This document shows, piece after piece, positions 1-9,752 of a stretch of 64,000 nt of DNA. The notes under the pieces are model-generated. The model ran no database searches. It worked only from the letters and a program-made list of their open reading frames with translations, and had not been told where the DNA came from. The stretch is from positions 23,408 through 87,407 of the forward strand of contig CAWGTW010000014.1 in the NCBI GenBank assembly GCA_963825565.1, given 5' to 3'. The DNA comes from Ilumatobacteraceae bacterium. GTDB taxonomy: Bacteria; Actinomycetota; Acidimicrobiia; Acidimicrobiales; Ilumatobacteraceae. Every line of letters starts with the position of its first letter. Position 1 is the stretch's first letter. A program made the translations under genes and the position numbers.

Positions 1-135
1 CTGGAGACGACGCGCAAGCCCGGGCTGACACTCGCCAACTACCAGGAGTCCAAGATCCGCTGGCTGCACGACCTGCTGGGCGCCTGGGTCGAGGGTGACG
101 ACCGGGACGGCGACCACGGCGAGGACGGCGAATGA
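1..135 (+). CDS. 3' end of an unidentified protein-coding gene (5' part upstream of window)
   Basis: Frame 1 is open from base 1 to TGA 133-135 (...LHDLLGAWVEGDDRDGDHGEDGE*). The stop overlaps the ATG of the next ORF (ATGA). No family recognised. Confidence 0.35.
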   Translation: METTRKPGLTLANYQESKIRWLHDLLGAWVEGDDRDGDHGEDGE

Positions 136-338
136 GAGGGATCGTCCACCCGTTCTCCGGCGCGCTCTACGAACAGGACGGCGAGGGCAACGTCCTCGTC
201 ACCGACGGCGACCGCGCCGGCACGTTCACCACGTCTGGCCGGTGGATCTCGGGCGAGCTGCGCGAGTGCGACCCGCAGCTCTGCGGCTGGGTCGGCGGCC
301 CACAGATCGGCAGCCATCGCATCACGAACGCCGACTGA
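132..338 (+). CDS. small conserved hypothetical protein (68 aa)
   Basis: ATG 132 overlaps the upstream stop (ATGA coupling). The composition is non-Arg-rich and protein-like (MRGIVHPFSGALYEQDGEGNVLVTDGD...CDPQLCGW). No family assigned. Confidence 0.45.
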   Translation: MRGIVHPFSGALYEQDGEGNVLVTDGDRAGTFTTSGRWISGELRECDPQLCGWVGGPQIGSHRITNAD

Positions 339-427
339 CCCCAGCGGACCGACCCGGGCGGGCGCCGGATGACGTGACCGAGGCGGGATGAACAAGCCGA
401 ACGGTCGGTCGGATATTCTTCGCCGCC

Positions 428-1183
428 ATGGACCTCGGGCTCACCGGCAAGAAGGCGCTGGTCACCGGCGCGACCAAGGGCATCGGACGAGCGATCGCGG
501 AGACCCTGCTCGCCGAGGGCGCCTCGGTGGCGATCTGCGCCCGCACCGCGGACGATGTCGATCGAGCCGTCGCCGAGATGTCGACCAGGGGGACCGTCGT
601 CGGCGCCCCGCTCGACGCCGGCGACACCGACGCGGTCGCCGCCTGGGTGGCGTCGTCGGGCGAAGCACTCGGCGGCATCGACGTCTACGTGCACAACACG
701 TCGGCCAAGCCGCAGCGCAAGGTCAAGGACTGGATCAACAACTTCAACATCGATCTGATGTCGCTGATCGTCGGGGTCGGCGCGGCCACCGAGGCGCTGG
801 CCGACGGCGGCGGCGCGGTGATCAGCATCGGCACGACCGCCAGCGCCGAGCACTTCGCCACTGGCTCGGGCAGCTACAGCGCGTTCAAGGCGGCGGTGAC
901 CAACTGGACGCTCGGCCAGGCACAGGTACTCGGCGCGCAGGGCATCCGCTGCAACGTCGTGTCGCCCGGTCCGATCTTCGTCGAGGGCGGCGACTGGGAC
1001 ATGATCAAGCAGCACATGGCCGACTTCTACGCGGCGACCGAGCAGGCCCACCCGCAGGGCCACCTCGGCACCGCGCAGGACGTTGCGAACGCCGTCGCCT
1101 TCCTCGCCGGCGACGCGGCCCATCACGTGAACGGTGTCAACCTGACCGTCGACGGCGGGTTCCTCAAGCGCGTCGACTACTGA
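428..1183 (+). CDS. SDR family oxidoreductase (short-chain dehydrogenase/reductase)
   Basis: 251 aa. Has the Rossmann motif VTGATKGIGRAI (TGxxxGxG), catalytic YSAFK (YxxxK) and SPGPI. Confidence 0.85.
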   Translation: MDLGLTGKKALVTGATKGIGRAIAETLLAEGASVAICARTADDVDRAVAEMSTRGTVVGAPLDAGDTDAVAAWVASSGEALGGIDVYVHNTSAKPQRKVKDWINNFNIDLMSLIVGVGAATEALADGGGAVISIGTTASAEHFATGSGSYSAFKAAVTNWTLGQAQVLGAQGIRCNVVSPGPIFVEGGDWDMIKQHMADFYAATEQAHPQGHLGTAQDVANAVAFLAGDAAHHVNGVNLTVDGGFLKRVDY

Positions 1184-1199
1184 GGGCGACCAGCCCGCG

Positions 1200-1967
1200 A
1201 TGGCCGACGCACCAGGCAGCCGGATCGACGTGACGCTCGTCGCGGGCGGGAGGTACCACGACATCGACCACGCCCGCCTCGAGTTGCTCGGCCTGCTCGC
1301 CGAACACGACGAGTTCCGGGTGCGGGTACAACCGGACTACGAGGATGCCGAGCGCATCGCCGCCGGTTCGATCCTCGTCAGCTACACGTGCGACGTCCGG
1401 CCGTCGGAGGAGGCGCAGCGCACCATCCGCACCTGGGTCGAGGGAGGCGGGCGGTGGGTCGCGCTCCACGGCACGAACGCCGCGCTCGACATCGGCACGC
1501 CGAACGGCGTCGACTCGCCGCGGGTGTTCCCTCTGTGGGCCGACACCCTCGGTTCCCAGTTCGTCGCCCACCCCCCGATCGCGCCGTATCCGGTCGAAGT
1601 CAGCGCCCCCGACCACTGGCTGGTCGCCGGGATCGAGCCGTTCGAGACCGATGACGAGCTGTACCTCTGCGAGCACGCCGACCGCGATTCGCTGGTGCCC
1701 CTCCTCCACACGACCTGGTCCGGCGAGGCGACGGGGTTCGTCGAGTCCGACTGGACGCGCGGACCCGACCGGCATCTCGTGATGTACCTCCGCCCGCTCG
1801 GCGACGGCGCCGTCCTCTACAACACGCTCGGGCACTGCCGGGGCCACTACGACATGATCCCGATCATGGACTACTACCCGGTGGTCGAGCGCGGCTCGTG
1901 GGACCAGCCGGCGTACCACGAACTGCTCCGGCGCTCGCTGCGGTGGGCTCGGGGCGCGCTCGCATGA
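1200..1967 (+). CDS. ThuA domain-containing protein (trehalose-utilisation-like / GATase1-like fold)
   Basis: 255 aa. The pattern VTLVAGGRYHD ... WVEGGGRWVALHG ... FVAHPP ... PFETDDELY fits ThuA-like domains. Confidence 0.6.
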   Translation: MADAPGSRIDVTLVAGGRYHDIDHARLELLGLLAEHDEFRVRVQPDYEDAERIAAGSILVSYTCDVRPSEEAQRTIRTWVEGGGRWVALHGTNAALDIGTPNGVDSPRVFPLWADTLGSQFVAHPPIAPYPVEVSAPDHWLVAGIEPFETDDELYLCEHADRDSLVPLLHTTWSGEATGFVESDWTRGPDRHLVMYLRPLGDGAVLYNTLGHCRGHYDMIPIMDYYPVVERGSWDQPAYHELLRRSLRWARGALA

Positions 1968-2030
1968 ACCCCCCTGAGGATCGGAACGCAAACCGGTGAG
2001 GGGCTAACCTCCACGTTCGGCACTCGTCTG

Positions 2031-3011
2031 ATGGACCTCTCTCGCGACACCCAACTCGACCTGCACCGCCGGATGGTGCGCATCCGGCTGTTCGAGGAGG
2101 CGGCCGGCCGACTCGCCGAGGGCGGCAAGCTGCCCGGCTTCCTGCACCTGTACGTCGGCCAGGAGGCGGTCGCCGCCGGGGTGTGCGGCGTGCTGAGCGA
2201 CGCCGACCAGATCACCTCCACCCACCGCGGCCACGGCCACCTCGTCGCCAAGGGCGGCCGGTTCGACCGGATGATGGCCGAGCTGATGGGCAAGTCGACC
2301 GGCTACTGCAGGGGCAAGGGCGGCTCGATGCACATCTCCTCGCTCGAGGTCGGGATGCTCGGGGCGAACGGCATCGTCGGTGCAGGGGCGCCGATCGCCG
2401 TCGGCGCAGGGTTCGCCAACAAGTACCGCGGCAACGGGAACGTCTCGGCGGCGTTCTTCGGCGACGGGGCGACGAACATCGGTGCCTTCCACGAGGCGAT
2501 CAACATGGCCGCCGCCCTGCACCTGCCGACCGTGTTCGTGTGCGAGAACAACGAATACGGCGAGTTCACGCCCCGCGACGAGACGATGGCGATCACCGAC
2601 GTCGTCGACCGCGCCGCCGGCTACGGCATCCCGGGCGTCATCGTCGACGGGATGGACGTCGCCGCCGTGTACGGGGCGGCCACCGAAGCCGTCGCCCGGG
2701 CCCGGCGCGGCGACGGCCCGTCGTTGATCGAGGCCAAGACGTACCGCTTCTACAACCACCACGGCGTGCAGAACCTCGGGCTGAAGTACCGCTCCGACGA
2801 CGAGGTCGAGCGCTGGAAGCAGCGTGACCCGATCTTCACCTTCGAGGACCGGATGGTCGAGGCGGGAACGACCACCCGGGTCGATCTCGACGCGATCTGG
2901 GACGACATCCGGGCCGACATCGCCGCGGCGATCGAGTTCGCCGAGTCGAGCCCACTCCCCGAACCCGACCAGTTGCTCGTCGACGTGTACACCACCGGAG
3001 GCGGCGCGTGA
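2031..3011 (+). CDS. thiamine-diphosphate-dependent 2-oxoacid (pyruvate/acetoin-type) dehydrogenase E1 alpha subunit
   Basis: 326 aa. Motifs YVGQEAV, HRGHGH, GKGGSMH, and the TPP motif FFGDGATN...CENNEYG. The stop overlaps the GTG of the beta subunit (GTGA). Confidence 0.9.
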   Translation: MDLSRDTQLDLHRRMVRIRLFEEAAGRLAEGGKLPGFLHLYVGQEAVAAGVCGVLSDADQITSTHRGHGHLVAKGGRFDRMMAELMGKSTGYCRGKGGSMHISSLEVGMLGANGIVGAGAPIAVGAGFANKYRGNGNVSAAFFGDGATNIGAFHEAINMAAALHLPTVFVCENNEYGEFTPRDETMAITDVVDRAAGYGIPGVIVDGMDVAAVYGAATEAVARARRGDGPSLIEAKTYRFYNHHGVQNLGLKYRSDDEVERWKQRDPIFTFEDRMVEAGTTTRVDLDAIWDDIRADIAAAIEFAESSPLPEPDQLLVDVYTTGGGA

Positions 3012-3997
3012 GCCGCAAGCTCGGGTACGTCCAGGCCTTCAACGAGGCCGTGCGCCAGGAGATGCGGGCCGACCCCGACGTCTTCTGCGCCGGCGAGGAC
3101 ATCGGCGCCTTCGGTGGGGTGTTCGGCACCTATGGCGGGCTGCAGAAGGAGTTCGGCACGGGTCGCGTCGTCGACACGCCGATCAGCGAGCAGGCGATCG
3201 TCGGGCTCGGCGTCGGCGCGGCGGTCAGCGGGCTGCGCCCGATCGTCGACATCATGTTCATGGACTTCATCTGCGTCGCCTTCGACCAGATCGTGAACCA
3301 GGCAGCAAAGATCAAGTACATGTTCGGCGGCGCGGCCACGGTCCCGCTGACGATCACGACCGGCGGCGGGGGCGGCCTGTCGGCGGCCGCCCAGCACAGC
3401 CAGTCGCTCGAAGCGCTGCTGTGCCACATCCCCGGCCTGATGGTCGTCCACCCGTCGAACCCGTACGACATGAAGGGATTGATGACCGCTTGCATCCGCG
3501 AGGACAACCCGACGGTGATGATCAAGCACAAGCGCCTGCTCGGGATGCAGGGCGAGGTGCCCGAGGAGCAGTACGTCGTTCCGCTCGGATCGGCCAACGT
3601 CGTGCGCTCCGGCAGCGACGTCACCGTGGTCGCCTGGGGCCGCATGGTCAACGAGGCCGCCGACGCCGCCGAGCGGCTCGCCGCTGACGGCATCGACGTG
3701 GAGGTCATCGACCCCCGGACCCTCCAGCCGCTCGACACCGACACGATCGTCGACTCGGTGCGCAAGACCAACCGGGCGGTCGTCGTCCACGAGGCGGTGC
3801 GCTTCGGTGGGCTCGGCGCCGAGGTGGCCGCACAGATCCAGGAGTACGCCTTCGACCACCTCGATGCGCCGGTCGGCCGGATCGCTGCGCCGTTCTCGCC
3901 GGTCCCGTTCAGCCCGGCGCTCGAACAGCGCTACCTTCCCGACGCCGACCGGATCGCCGCCGGGATCCGCGACACGCTCGCCCGCCCGGGGGCCTGA
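3008..3997 (+). CDS. 2-oxoacid dehydrogenase E1 beta subunit
   Basis: 329 aa. Transketolase-like pyrimidine-binding and C-terminal domains (VVDTPISEQAIVG, QHSQSLEA, IDPRTLQPLD). Confidence 0.9.
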   Translation: MSRKLGYVQAFNEAVRQEMRADPDVFCAGEDIGAFGGVFGTYGGLQKEFGTGRVVDTPISEQAIVGLGVGAAVSGLRPIVDIMFMDFICVAFDQIVNQAAKIKYMFGGAATVPLTITTGGGGGLSAAAQHSQSLEALLCHIPGLMVVHPSNPYDMKGLMTACIREDNPTVMIKHKRLLGMQGEVPEEQYVVPLGSANVVRSGSDVTVVAWGRMVNEAADAAERLAADGIDVEVIDPRTLQPLDTDTIVDSVRKTNRAVVVHEAVRFGGLGAEVAAQIQEYAFDHLDAPVGRIAAPFSPVPFSPALEQRYLPDADRIAAGIRDTLARPGA

Positions 3998-4090
3998 CGA
4001 TCGTGTCGACGGCCGGCGTCATCGCGCTCGCCCTCGACGTGGGCCGGGCGCTCGCGACGGCCGCCACCGACCACCGCTCGTGCGTGGGGG

Positions 4091-5449
4091 ATGGGGCCGA
4101 TGGCGACTGAGTTCCGCATGCCCAAGCTCGGCCTGACGATGGAAGCGGGCACGATCGCCGAGTGGTTGGTCGCCGACGGCGAGGCGGTCGAGGCGGGCAC
4201 GGCGGTCCTGCGGATCGAGACCGACAAGACCGAGACCGACGTCGAGGCCGCCGCGTCCGGACGGCTCCACACCGCCGGTGCGGTCGGGCGCACCTATGCC
4301 TGCGGCGAGCTGATCGGATGGTTCCTGGCCGATGGCGAGGAACCGCCGGCGGTGGCGGACACCACCCGTCCGGCGCCACCGGGTCGCCGGCTCTTCGCCT
4401 CGCCCAACGCCCGCCGGCTCGCCGCCGAGCGCGGACTCGACCTCGGCACGGTCCGCGGGACGGGACCGAACGGGCGCATCGTCTCGGAGGACCTCGACGG
4501 CCTGGCCACCGCGCCGCCTCCCTCGGCGGCAGCACCGACCACGGTGCACCCGGCCGTCGCAGGGTCGCCCGTGCCGGCCACCGCCGCGGCGCGTCAGCTC
4601 GCCGACCTGCTCGGTGTCGACCTGGCGATCGTGGCGGTCGATCCGGTCGACGGCCGCGTGACACGCGAGGCGGTCGCCGTCCACGTGCGCGGGGTGCTGG
4701 CCGCAGCCAGCGGCTCCGACCCGACCGTGCCGACCCGCGACCTGCTCCCCGCCATCCAGGCGCCGACCGAGACCATCGCGTTCACGGGCATGCGGGGCAC
4801 GATCGCCAGGCGGATGCACGAGTCGCTGCAGCAGATGGCTCAGCTCACGCTGTTCATGGACGCCGACCTCGACGCGGTCGTCGCCGATCGCGAGTCCCGC
4901 CAGGTGTCCGGAGCTGCGCCGGGCTACACCGACTACGTGATCGCCGCGGTCGCCCGCGCGCTGGTCGCACATCCGCGGGTCAACTCCCAGGTCACCGACG
5001 ACGGGATCGCGGTCCTGCCCGACGTGCACGTCGGGATGGCCGTCGCGCTGGACGAGGGCCTCGTCGTGCCGGTGGTGCGCGACACCGCCGCACTCGACCT
5101 CGCATCGCTGACCGCCGAGACCTCCCGGCTCGCCGGCGCGGCGCGGAGCGGCTCGCTCGCCTACGCCGACCTCGAGGGCGGTACGTTCTCGGTCAGCACC
5201 CTCGGTATGTTCGACGTCGACGGGTTCACGCCGGTGATCAATCCGCCGAACGCGGCGATCCTCGGCGTCGGCCGGCTGCGCGACGACGTGGTCGTCGGCG
5301 GCGACGGGACCGTGTCGACGGTGACCCGGATCACGCTCAGCCTCACGTGGGACCACCGGGTGTTCGACGGCGCACCCGCCGCCGCGTTCTGCCGGACGGT
5401 GCGCGACCTCCTCCAGCGCCCCGCCGACCTCGACCGGAGGCTGACATGA
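4091..5449 (+). CDS. dihydrolipoamide acyltransferase (E2 component)
   Basis: Lipoyl domain with IETDKTETDVEA, an Ala/Pro linker, a peripheral-subunit-binding segment (ASPNARRLAAERGLDLGTVRGTGPNGRI), and a catalytic domain with DHRVFDG. Alternative start at ATG 4100 (MATEFRMPKLG). Confidence 0.9.
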   Translation: MGPMATEFRMPKLGLTMEAGTIAEWLVADGEAVEAGTAVLRIETDKTETDVEAAASGRLHTAGAVGRTYACGELIGWFLADGEEPPAVADTTRPAPPGRRLFASPNARRLAAERGLDLGTVRGTGPNGRIVSEDLDGLATAPPPSAAAPTTVHPAVAGSPVPATAAARQLADLLGVDLAIVAVDPVDGRVTREAVAVHVRGVLAAASGSDPTVPTRDLLPAIQAPTETIAFTGMRGTIARRMHESLQQMAQLTLFMDADLDAVVADRESRQVSGAAPGYTDYVIAAVARALVAHPRVNSQVTDDGIAVLPDVHVGMAVALDEGLVVPVVRDTAALDLASLTAETSRLAGAARSGSLAYADLEGGTFSVSTLGMFDVDGFTPVINPPNAAILGVGRLRDDVVVGGDGTVSTVTRITLSLTWDHRVFDGAPAAAFCRTVRDLLQRPADLDRRLT

Positions 5450-5480
5450 CCGACCGCCCGATGCCCCCGAACGGAGCGAG

Positions 5481-7043
5481 ATGTCCGTTCTGACCAGGGG
5501 ATTCGCTGCGCAGCGGGCGAACGAGCCCACGCTCGTCGACGACGACCGCACGGTGACCTGGAGCGAGCTCGACGTCCGGGTCAACCGGCTGATCCACGCG
5601 CTGCGCACCGCAGGGCTGCGGGCCGGCGACACGATCTCGATCGTCAGCGGCAATCGCATCGAGTGGTTCGAGCTGGCGCTCGCCTGCTCCAACTCGGGCA
5701 TCACGTTCGTCCCGGTGAACTGGCACCTGGTCGGTCCCGAGATCGCCTACATCCTCGGGGACTCCGGCTCGAAGGCGGTGCTCGCCGATCACCGATTCGT
5801 CGAGGAGGTGGCGCGTGCGCTCGACGACGAGCGGGCGGCCGGCATCGAGCTGGCGCTCGTCGCCGGTGCTCCGGCGACCGGGAGCTTCGAGAGCTTCGAC
5901 GACCTCGTGGCCTCGGGAGCCCCCGGCGAGCCCGACGACCAGTCGTTCGGCGGCCCGATGTTCTACACCTCGGGCACGACCGGCAACCCGAAAGGGGTCC
6001 GCAGCTCGCTGTCGTCGATGCATCCGGGTACCACCCCCGAGGTGTGGCACCTGATCGGTGCCGGCTTCTCGCAGCTGATGACGGTGCCGGGCGTGACCGT
6101 GCTGTGCGGCCCGGTCTACCACTCCGCTCAGTGGGCGTTCTCGTTCCTGCCGATGATGGCCGGGTCGTCGACGGTCATGCAGCACAAGTACGACAGCGCT
6201 GGCGTGCTCGACCTGATCGACACCCATCGTGCGACCAACATCCACCTCGTCCCGACCCAGATGAAGCGGCTCGTCGACCTCCCCGACGACGTCAAGGCCC
6301 GCTTCGATGGGTCCTCGCTCGAACTCGTCCTGCACGGCGCCGCTCCGTGCCCGCCGGTGGTGAAGCGGGCGATGATCGACTGGTGGGGACCGAAGATCAG
6401 CGAGTACTACGGCTCGACCGAGGGCTCGGTCATCACGCTGATCGACTCCGAGCAGTGGCTGGCCAAGGGCGGCAGCGTCGGTCCCGCGATGCCCAACATG
6501 GAGATCATGGTCCTCGACGACGACGGCAACGGGCTCGGCCCGAACGAGGAGGGAACGCTCTACTTCCGCAACCGGCTGGGAACCGACTTCGAGTACCACA
6601 ACGCGCCGGGCAAGACCGCCGAGGCCCACCGCGAGCCCGGCGTGTTCACGACCGGCGACGTCGGCTACCTCGACGACGACGGCTACCTCTGGTTGAGCGA
6701 CCGCAAGATCGACATGATCATCTCGGGTGGTGTCAACATCTATCCGGCCGAGATCGAGGGGGTGCTCGGCGGGCACGAGCTGGTCGCCGACGTCGCGGTC
6801 ATCGGCGTCCCGAACGAGGAGTTCGGCGAGGAGGTCAAGGCGGTGGTGGTGCCCAACGTCGGCGTCGACGCCGACGATGCGTTGCGGTCGATCCTCGCGT
6901 CGTTCTGCCGCGAGCAGCTCGCCGGCTACAAGTGCCCCCGATCGATCGACTTCACCGAGGCGCTCCCGCGAACCGGCACCGGCAAGATCCAGAAGCGTAC
7001 GTTGCGCGAGCCCTACTGGGAGGGCAGGGAACGACGGATCTGA
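5481..7043 (+). CDS. acyl-CoA synthetase / AMP-dependent ligase
   Basis: 520 aa. AMP-binding signature YTSGTTGNPKGV, TGDVGYLDDDGYLWLSDRKIDMIISGG, and C-terminal GKIQKR. Confidence 0.85.
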   Translation: MSVLTRGFAAQRANEPTLVDDDRTVTWSELDVRVNRLIHALRTAGLRAGDTISIVSGNRIEWFELALACSNSGITFVPVNWHLVGPEIAYILGDSGSKAVLADHRFVEEVARALDDERAAGIELALVAGAPATGSFESFDDLVASGAPGEPDDQSFGGPMFYTSGTTGNPKGVRSSLSSMHPGTTPEVWHLIGAGFSQLMTVPGVTVLCGPVYHSAQWAFSFLPMMAGSSTVMQHKYDSAGVLDLIDTHRATNIHLVPTQMKRLVDLPDDVKARFDGSSLELVLHGAAPCPPVVKRAMIDWWGPKISEYYGSTEGSVITLIDSEQWLAKGGSVGPAMPNMEIMVLDDDGNGLGPNEEGTLYFRNRLGTDFEYHNAPGKTAEAHREPGVFTTGDVGYLDDDGYLWLSDRKIDMIISGGVNIYPAEIEGVLGGHELVADVAVIGVPNEEFGEEVKAVVVPNVGVDADDALRSILASFCREQLAGYKCPRSIDFTEALPRTGTGKIQKRTLREPYWEGRERRI

Positions 7044-7059
7044 CCGACCTCGGTCGCCA

Positions 7060-8244
7060 TCACGGCGCCGCGTTCTCGAACAGCGCCGGGAGGTCGTCGT
7101 CGGGCGCGGCGAGCACGCGGTCGAGGAAACGGTGGAAGCGCTGCCCGCCGCCCTCGTTGCGGCCGAACAGGGTGACCGCCTTGCCGCCCGACCGCAGCGC
7201 CCGCTGCACGCGCAGGCCCATCCAGTAATCCTCGTTCTGGACGACGTCGAGGTTGAACTGCATGACCTGCCTGACGGCGTCGGCCTGCGCGCCGTCCGGT
7301 TCCCGGGTGTGCAGGAACAGCTGCACGGTCGTCGATGCCCCCGGCTCGGCGCCGGGCGACAGCATCGACACCATGTACACCCGCCCGTTGGCGTCGAACC
7401 CGGCGACCGAAACGTGGGGGAAGATCGTCCACACCCCGCCGTTCAGCTCCCTGATCCGCCACTCCTCCTCGGGCCGGTCGACCAGCCGCTCAAATCCCTG
7501 GTCGGGCGACGTCACCCGCTGGTGCGGCCCCCACGCGTCGTACATCGACTTGGTCGACATGTCGGGTCCGAACGAGTCACGGTGGAGGATCGGCAGGTGG
7601 TAGAAGTCGAGATACCCGTCGTAGGCGATCTTCCAATTCGGCCCGACCAGCGTCTGGCGGCCGACCGCGTGGCAGTCGGCGAGGCCGAGGTGTTCGAGCA
7701 TCTCGCCGTACCCGCAGAGGAACGTGTCGATGTCGATCGCCGGCTCGCCGGCGAGGTGGATCCACACCAGACCGGCTCGCTCGGCACACGTCAGCGGCGT
7801 CAGCCCGAAGCAGGAGCGGTCGATCTCGCCGAAGTCGTCGGCGTCGAGGACCCCGACGAGCTCGCCACGGTCGTCGTAGCTCCACGCGTGGTACCGGCAG
7901 GTGTGGCGACGGGCCGTCCCGGCGCCCTCCTCGGTGACGATCGCGCCCCGGTGGCTGCACATGTTGTGGAACGCCCGCAGCTCGCCGTCGCCGCCGCGCA
8001 CCACGAGGTACGGCGTGCCGGCGATCTCGCCCGAGACGTACGAGTGCGGTTCGCGCAGCTCGCACGACGCCGCCACGACGAGCGGCACCCGGCGGAAGAC
8101 GCGCTCCATCTCCGTCGCCCAGCGTGCCGGGTCGACGTAGTTCGAGGCCGGCACCTCGACGACGCCGTCGGCCTGGTCCTGCGTGCCGGCGTCCCGATGA
8201 CCCAGGCCGCGCCGGGCGATCGCCACCAGTTGCTCCCTGCTCAT
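7060..8244 (-). CDS. aromatic-ring-hydroxylating (Rieske non-heme iron) oxygenase alpha subunit
   Basis: Rieske ligands CSHRG and CRYHAWSY plus a C-terminal catalytic domain. ATG 8244 (MSREQLV...) is preferred; the longest ORF extends to 8304 through an Arg-rich stretch. There is no adjacent beta subunit or reductase. Confidence 0.8.
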   Translation of the reverse strand: MSREQLVAIARRGLGHRDAGTQDQADGVVEVPASNYVDPARWATEMERVFRRVPLVVAASCELREPHSYVSGEIAGTPYLVVRGGDGELRAFHNMCSHRGAIVTEEGAGTARRHTCRYHAWSYDDRGELVGVLDADDFGEIDRSCFGLTPLTCAERAGLVWIHLAGEPAIDIDTFLCGYGEMLEHLGLADCHAVGRQTLVGPNWKIAYDGYLDFYHLPILHRDSFGPDMSTKSMYDAWGPHQRVTSPDQGFERLVDRPEEEWRIRELNGGVWTIFPHVSVAGFDANGRVYMVSMLSPGAEPGASTTVQLFLHTREPDGAQADAVRQVMQFNLDVVQNEDYWMGLRVQRALRSGGKAVTLFGRNEGGGQRFHRFLDRVLAAPDDDLPALFENAAP

Positions 8245-8295
8245 CGGCAACCAAGGTAACGCCTGGGGCGATCTCCGCTGCGCTCGCAGCTGGGG

Positions 8296-8312
8296 ACTGA
8301 ACACTGTTCAGT
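8296..8312. promoter_or_regulatory. perfect 17-bp palindrome (ACTGAACA-C-TGTTCAGT), candidate TetR-type operator in a divergent promoter region
   Basis: Read directly from the sequence. It lies between the divergent Rieske oxygenase and cleavage-oxygenase genes, and a TetR gene sits immediately downstream of the latter. Confidence 0.35.
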
Positions 8313-8353
8313 TGATGCGCTACGGTGGTACCACCGACCAGGAAGGGCCGCCG

Positions 8354-9742
8354 ATGACCGCAACCGAATCGACCGAGACCACGACCGGCGCGGCGACGCC
8401 CTGGCACCTGCGTGACAACCGGGCGCCGGTGTTCGACGAGGTGACCCTGACCCAACTCGAGGTGCGCGGCGCGATCCCGCCCGAACTCGTCGGCCGGTAC
8501 GTCCGCAACGGTGCCAACCCGCAGACCGGCGAGTCGTCGCACTGGTTCCTCGGCGACGGGATGATCCACGGCATCGAGCTGAACGGCGGCTCGGCCAACT
8601 GGTACAAGAACCGCTACGTGCGCACGCCGTGCTTCGCGAACAAGGGCGTCGAGCGGATGGACATGTACCTCGACACCGAGACGCTGAAGTTCGACTACAC
8701 CGTCGGCGTCGCCAACACCCACGTCATCGGCCATGCCGGTCAGATCCTGGCGCTCGAGGAGGGGTCGTTCCCGTACGTGCTGACCAAGGACCTCGACACC
8801 GTCGGCCCGAGCGACTACGACGGCAAGCTCGTCACGGCGATGACCGCCCACCCCAAGGTCTGCCCCGAGACCGGTGAGCTGCTGTTCTTCGGGTACAGCT
8901 CGCTCCCCCCGTATCTCGTCTACCACCGGGTCAATGCGGCGGGCGAGCTCGTGCAGTCCGAGGAGATCACCGTCACCGGGCCGACGATGATGCACGACTT
9001 CGTCGTGTCCAGGAACCACACGGTGTTCATGGACCTGCCGGCGATCTTCGACATGGAGCTGGCGATGGCGGGCGGGATGCCGATCCGTTGGAGCGACGAC
9101 TACCCGGCGCGCTTCGGCGTGTTGCCGCGCGAGGGGACCAACGCCGATGTGCAGTGGTTCGATGTGGACCCGTGCTACGTGTTCCACACGCTCAACGCCC
9201 ACGACGAGGGTGACGAGGTGGTCGTGCGCGGCTGCCGGCTCAACGAGATCTGGCGCGACAGCGACGACATCGGCAACGCCGACGTCGTCGACGAGAACTC
9301 GATGCCGCACATGTGGGAGTGGCGGTTCAACCGGACCACCGGCTCCTCCACCGAGCGCCAACTCGACGACCGGCCGTCGGAGTTCCCGCGCGTCGCCGAC
9401 GCGATCGTCGGGTTGCCGAATCGGTACGGCTACACGATGTCGACGTCGTTCCTCGACCGGACGGTCGGCGAGATCTTCAAGTACGACCTGGCCAACGGTG
9501 GCTCGCGCACGTCGCACGTGTTCGAGCCGGGGCAGGTTCCGGGCGAGCCGGTGTTCGTTCCGGCCGAGGGCGGCACCAACGAGGACGACGGTTACCTGAT
9601 GACCTACGTCCACGACGAGACGACGAACACCTCGCACCTGACGATCCTCGACGCGTCGAACATGGCGGCCGACCCGGTCGCCGAGGTGCATCTGCCGCGG
9701 CGGATCCCGACCGGCTTCCACGGTAGCTGGATCGCCGACTGA
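8354..9742 (+). CDS. carotenoid oxygenase family protein (carotenoid/lignostilbene-type cleavage dioxygenase)
   Basis: Family-typical His-containing blocks HWFLGDGMIHG, TAHPK, MMHDF, GFHGSW. An AGGAAGG RBS precedes ATG 8354. The longest ORF starts at TTG 8312. Confidence 0.85.
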   Translation: MTATESTETTTGAATPWHLRDNRAPVFDEVTLTQLEVRGAIPPELVGRYVRNGANPQTGESSHWFLGDGMIHGIELNGGSANWYKNRYVRTPCFANKGVERMDMYLDTETLKFDYTVGVANTHVIGHAGQILALEEGSFPYVLTKDLDTVGPSDYDGKLVTAMTAHPKVCPETGELLFFGYSSLPPYLVYHRVNAAGELVQSEEITVTGPTMMHDFVVSRNHTVFMDLPAIFDMELAMAGGMPIRWSDDYPARFGVLPREGTNADVQWFDVDPCYVFHTLNAHDEGDEVVVRGCRLNEIWRDSDDIGNADVVDENSMPHMWEWRFNRTTGSSTERQLDDRPSEFPRVADAIVGLPNRYGYTMSTSFLDRTVGEIFKYDLANGGSRTSHVFEPGQVPGEPVFVPAEGGTNEDDGYLMTYVHDETTNTSHLTILDASNMAADPVAEVHLPRRIPTGFHGSWIAD

Positions 9743-9752
9743 GCCCGGTGTC

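Noticed and set aside
4019-5704. 561-aa minus-strand ORF and other 400-500-aa alternative-frame ORFs across the E2 and acyl-CoA synthetase genes
   Set aside because: They overlap genes with unambiguous lipoyl, acyltransferase and AMP-binding motifs. Their translations are Arg/Gly/Pro-rich.
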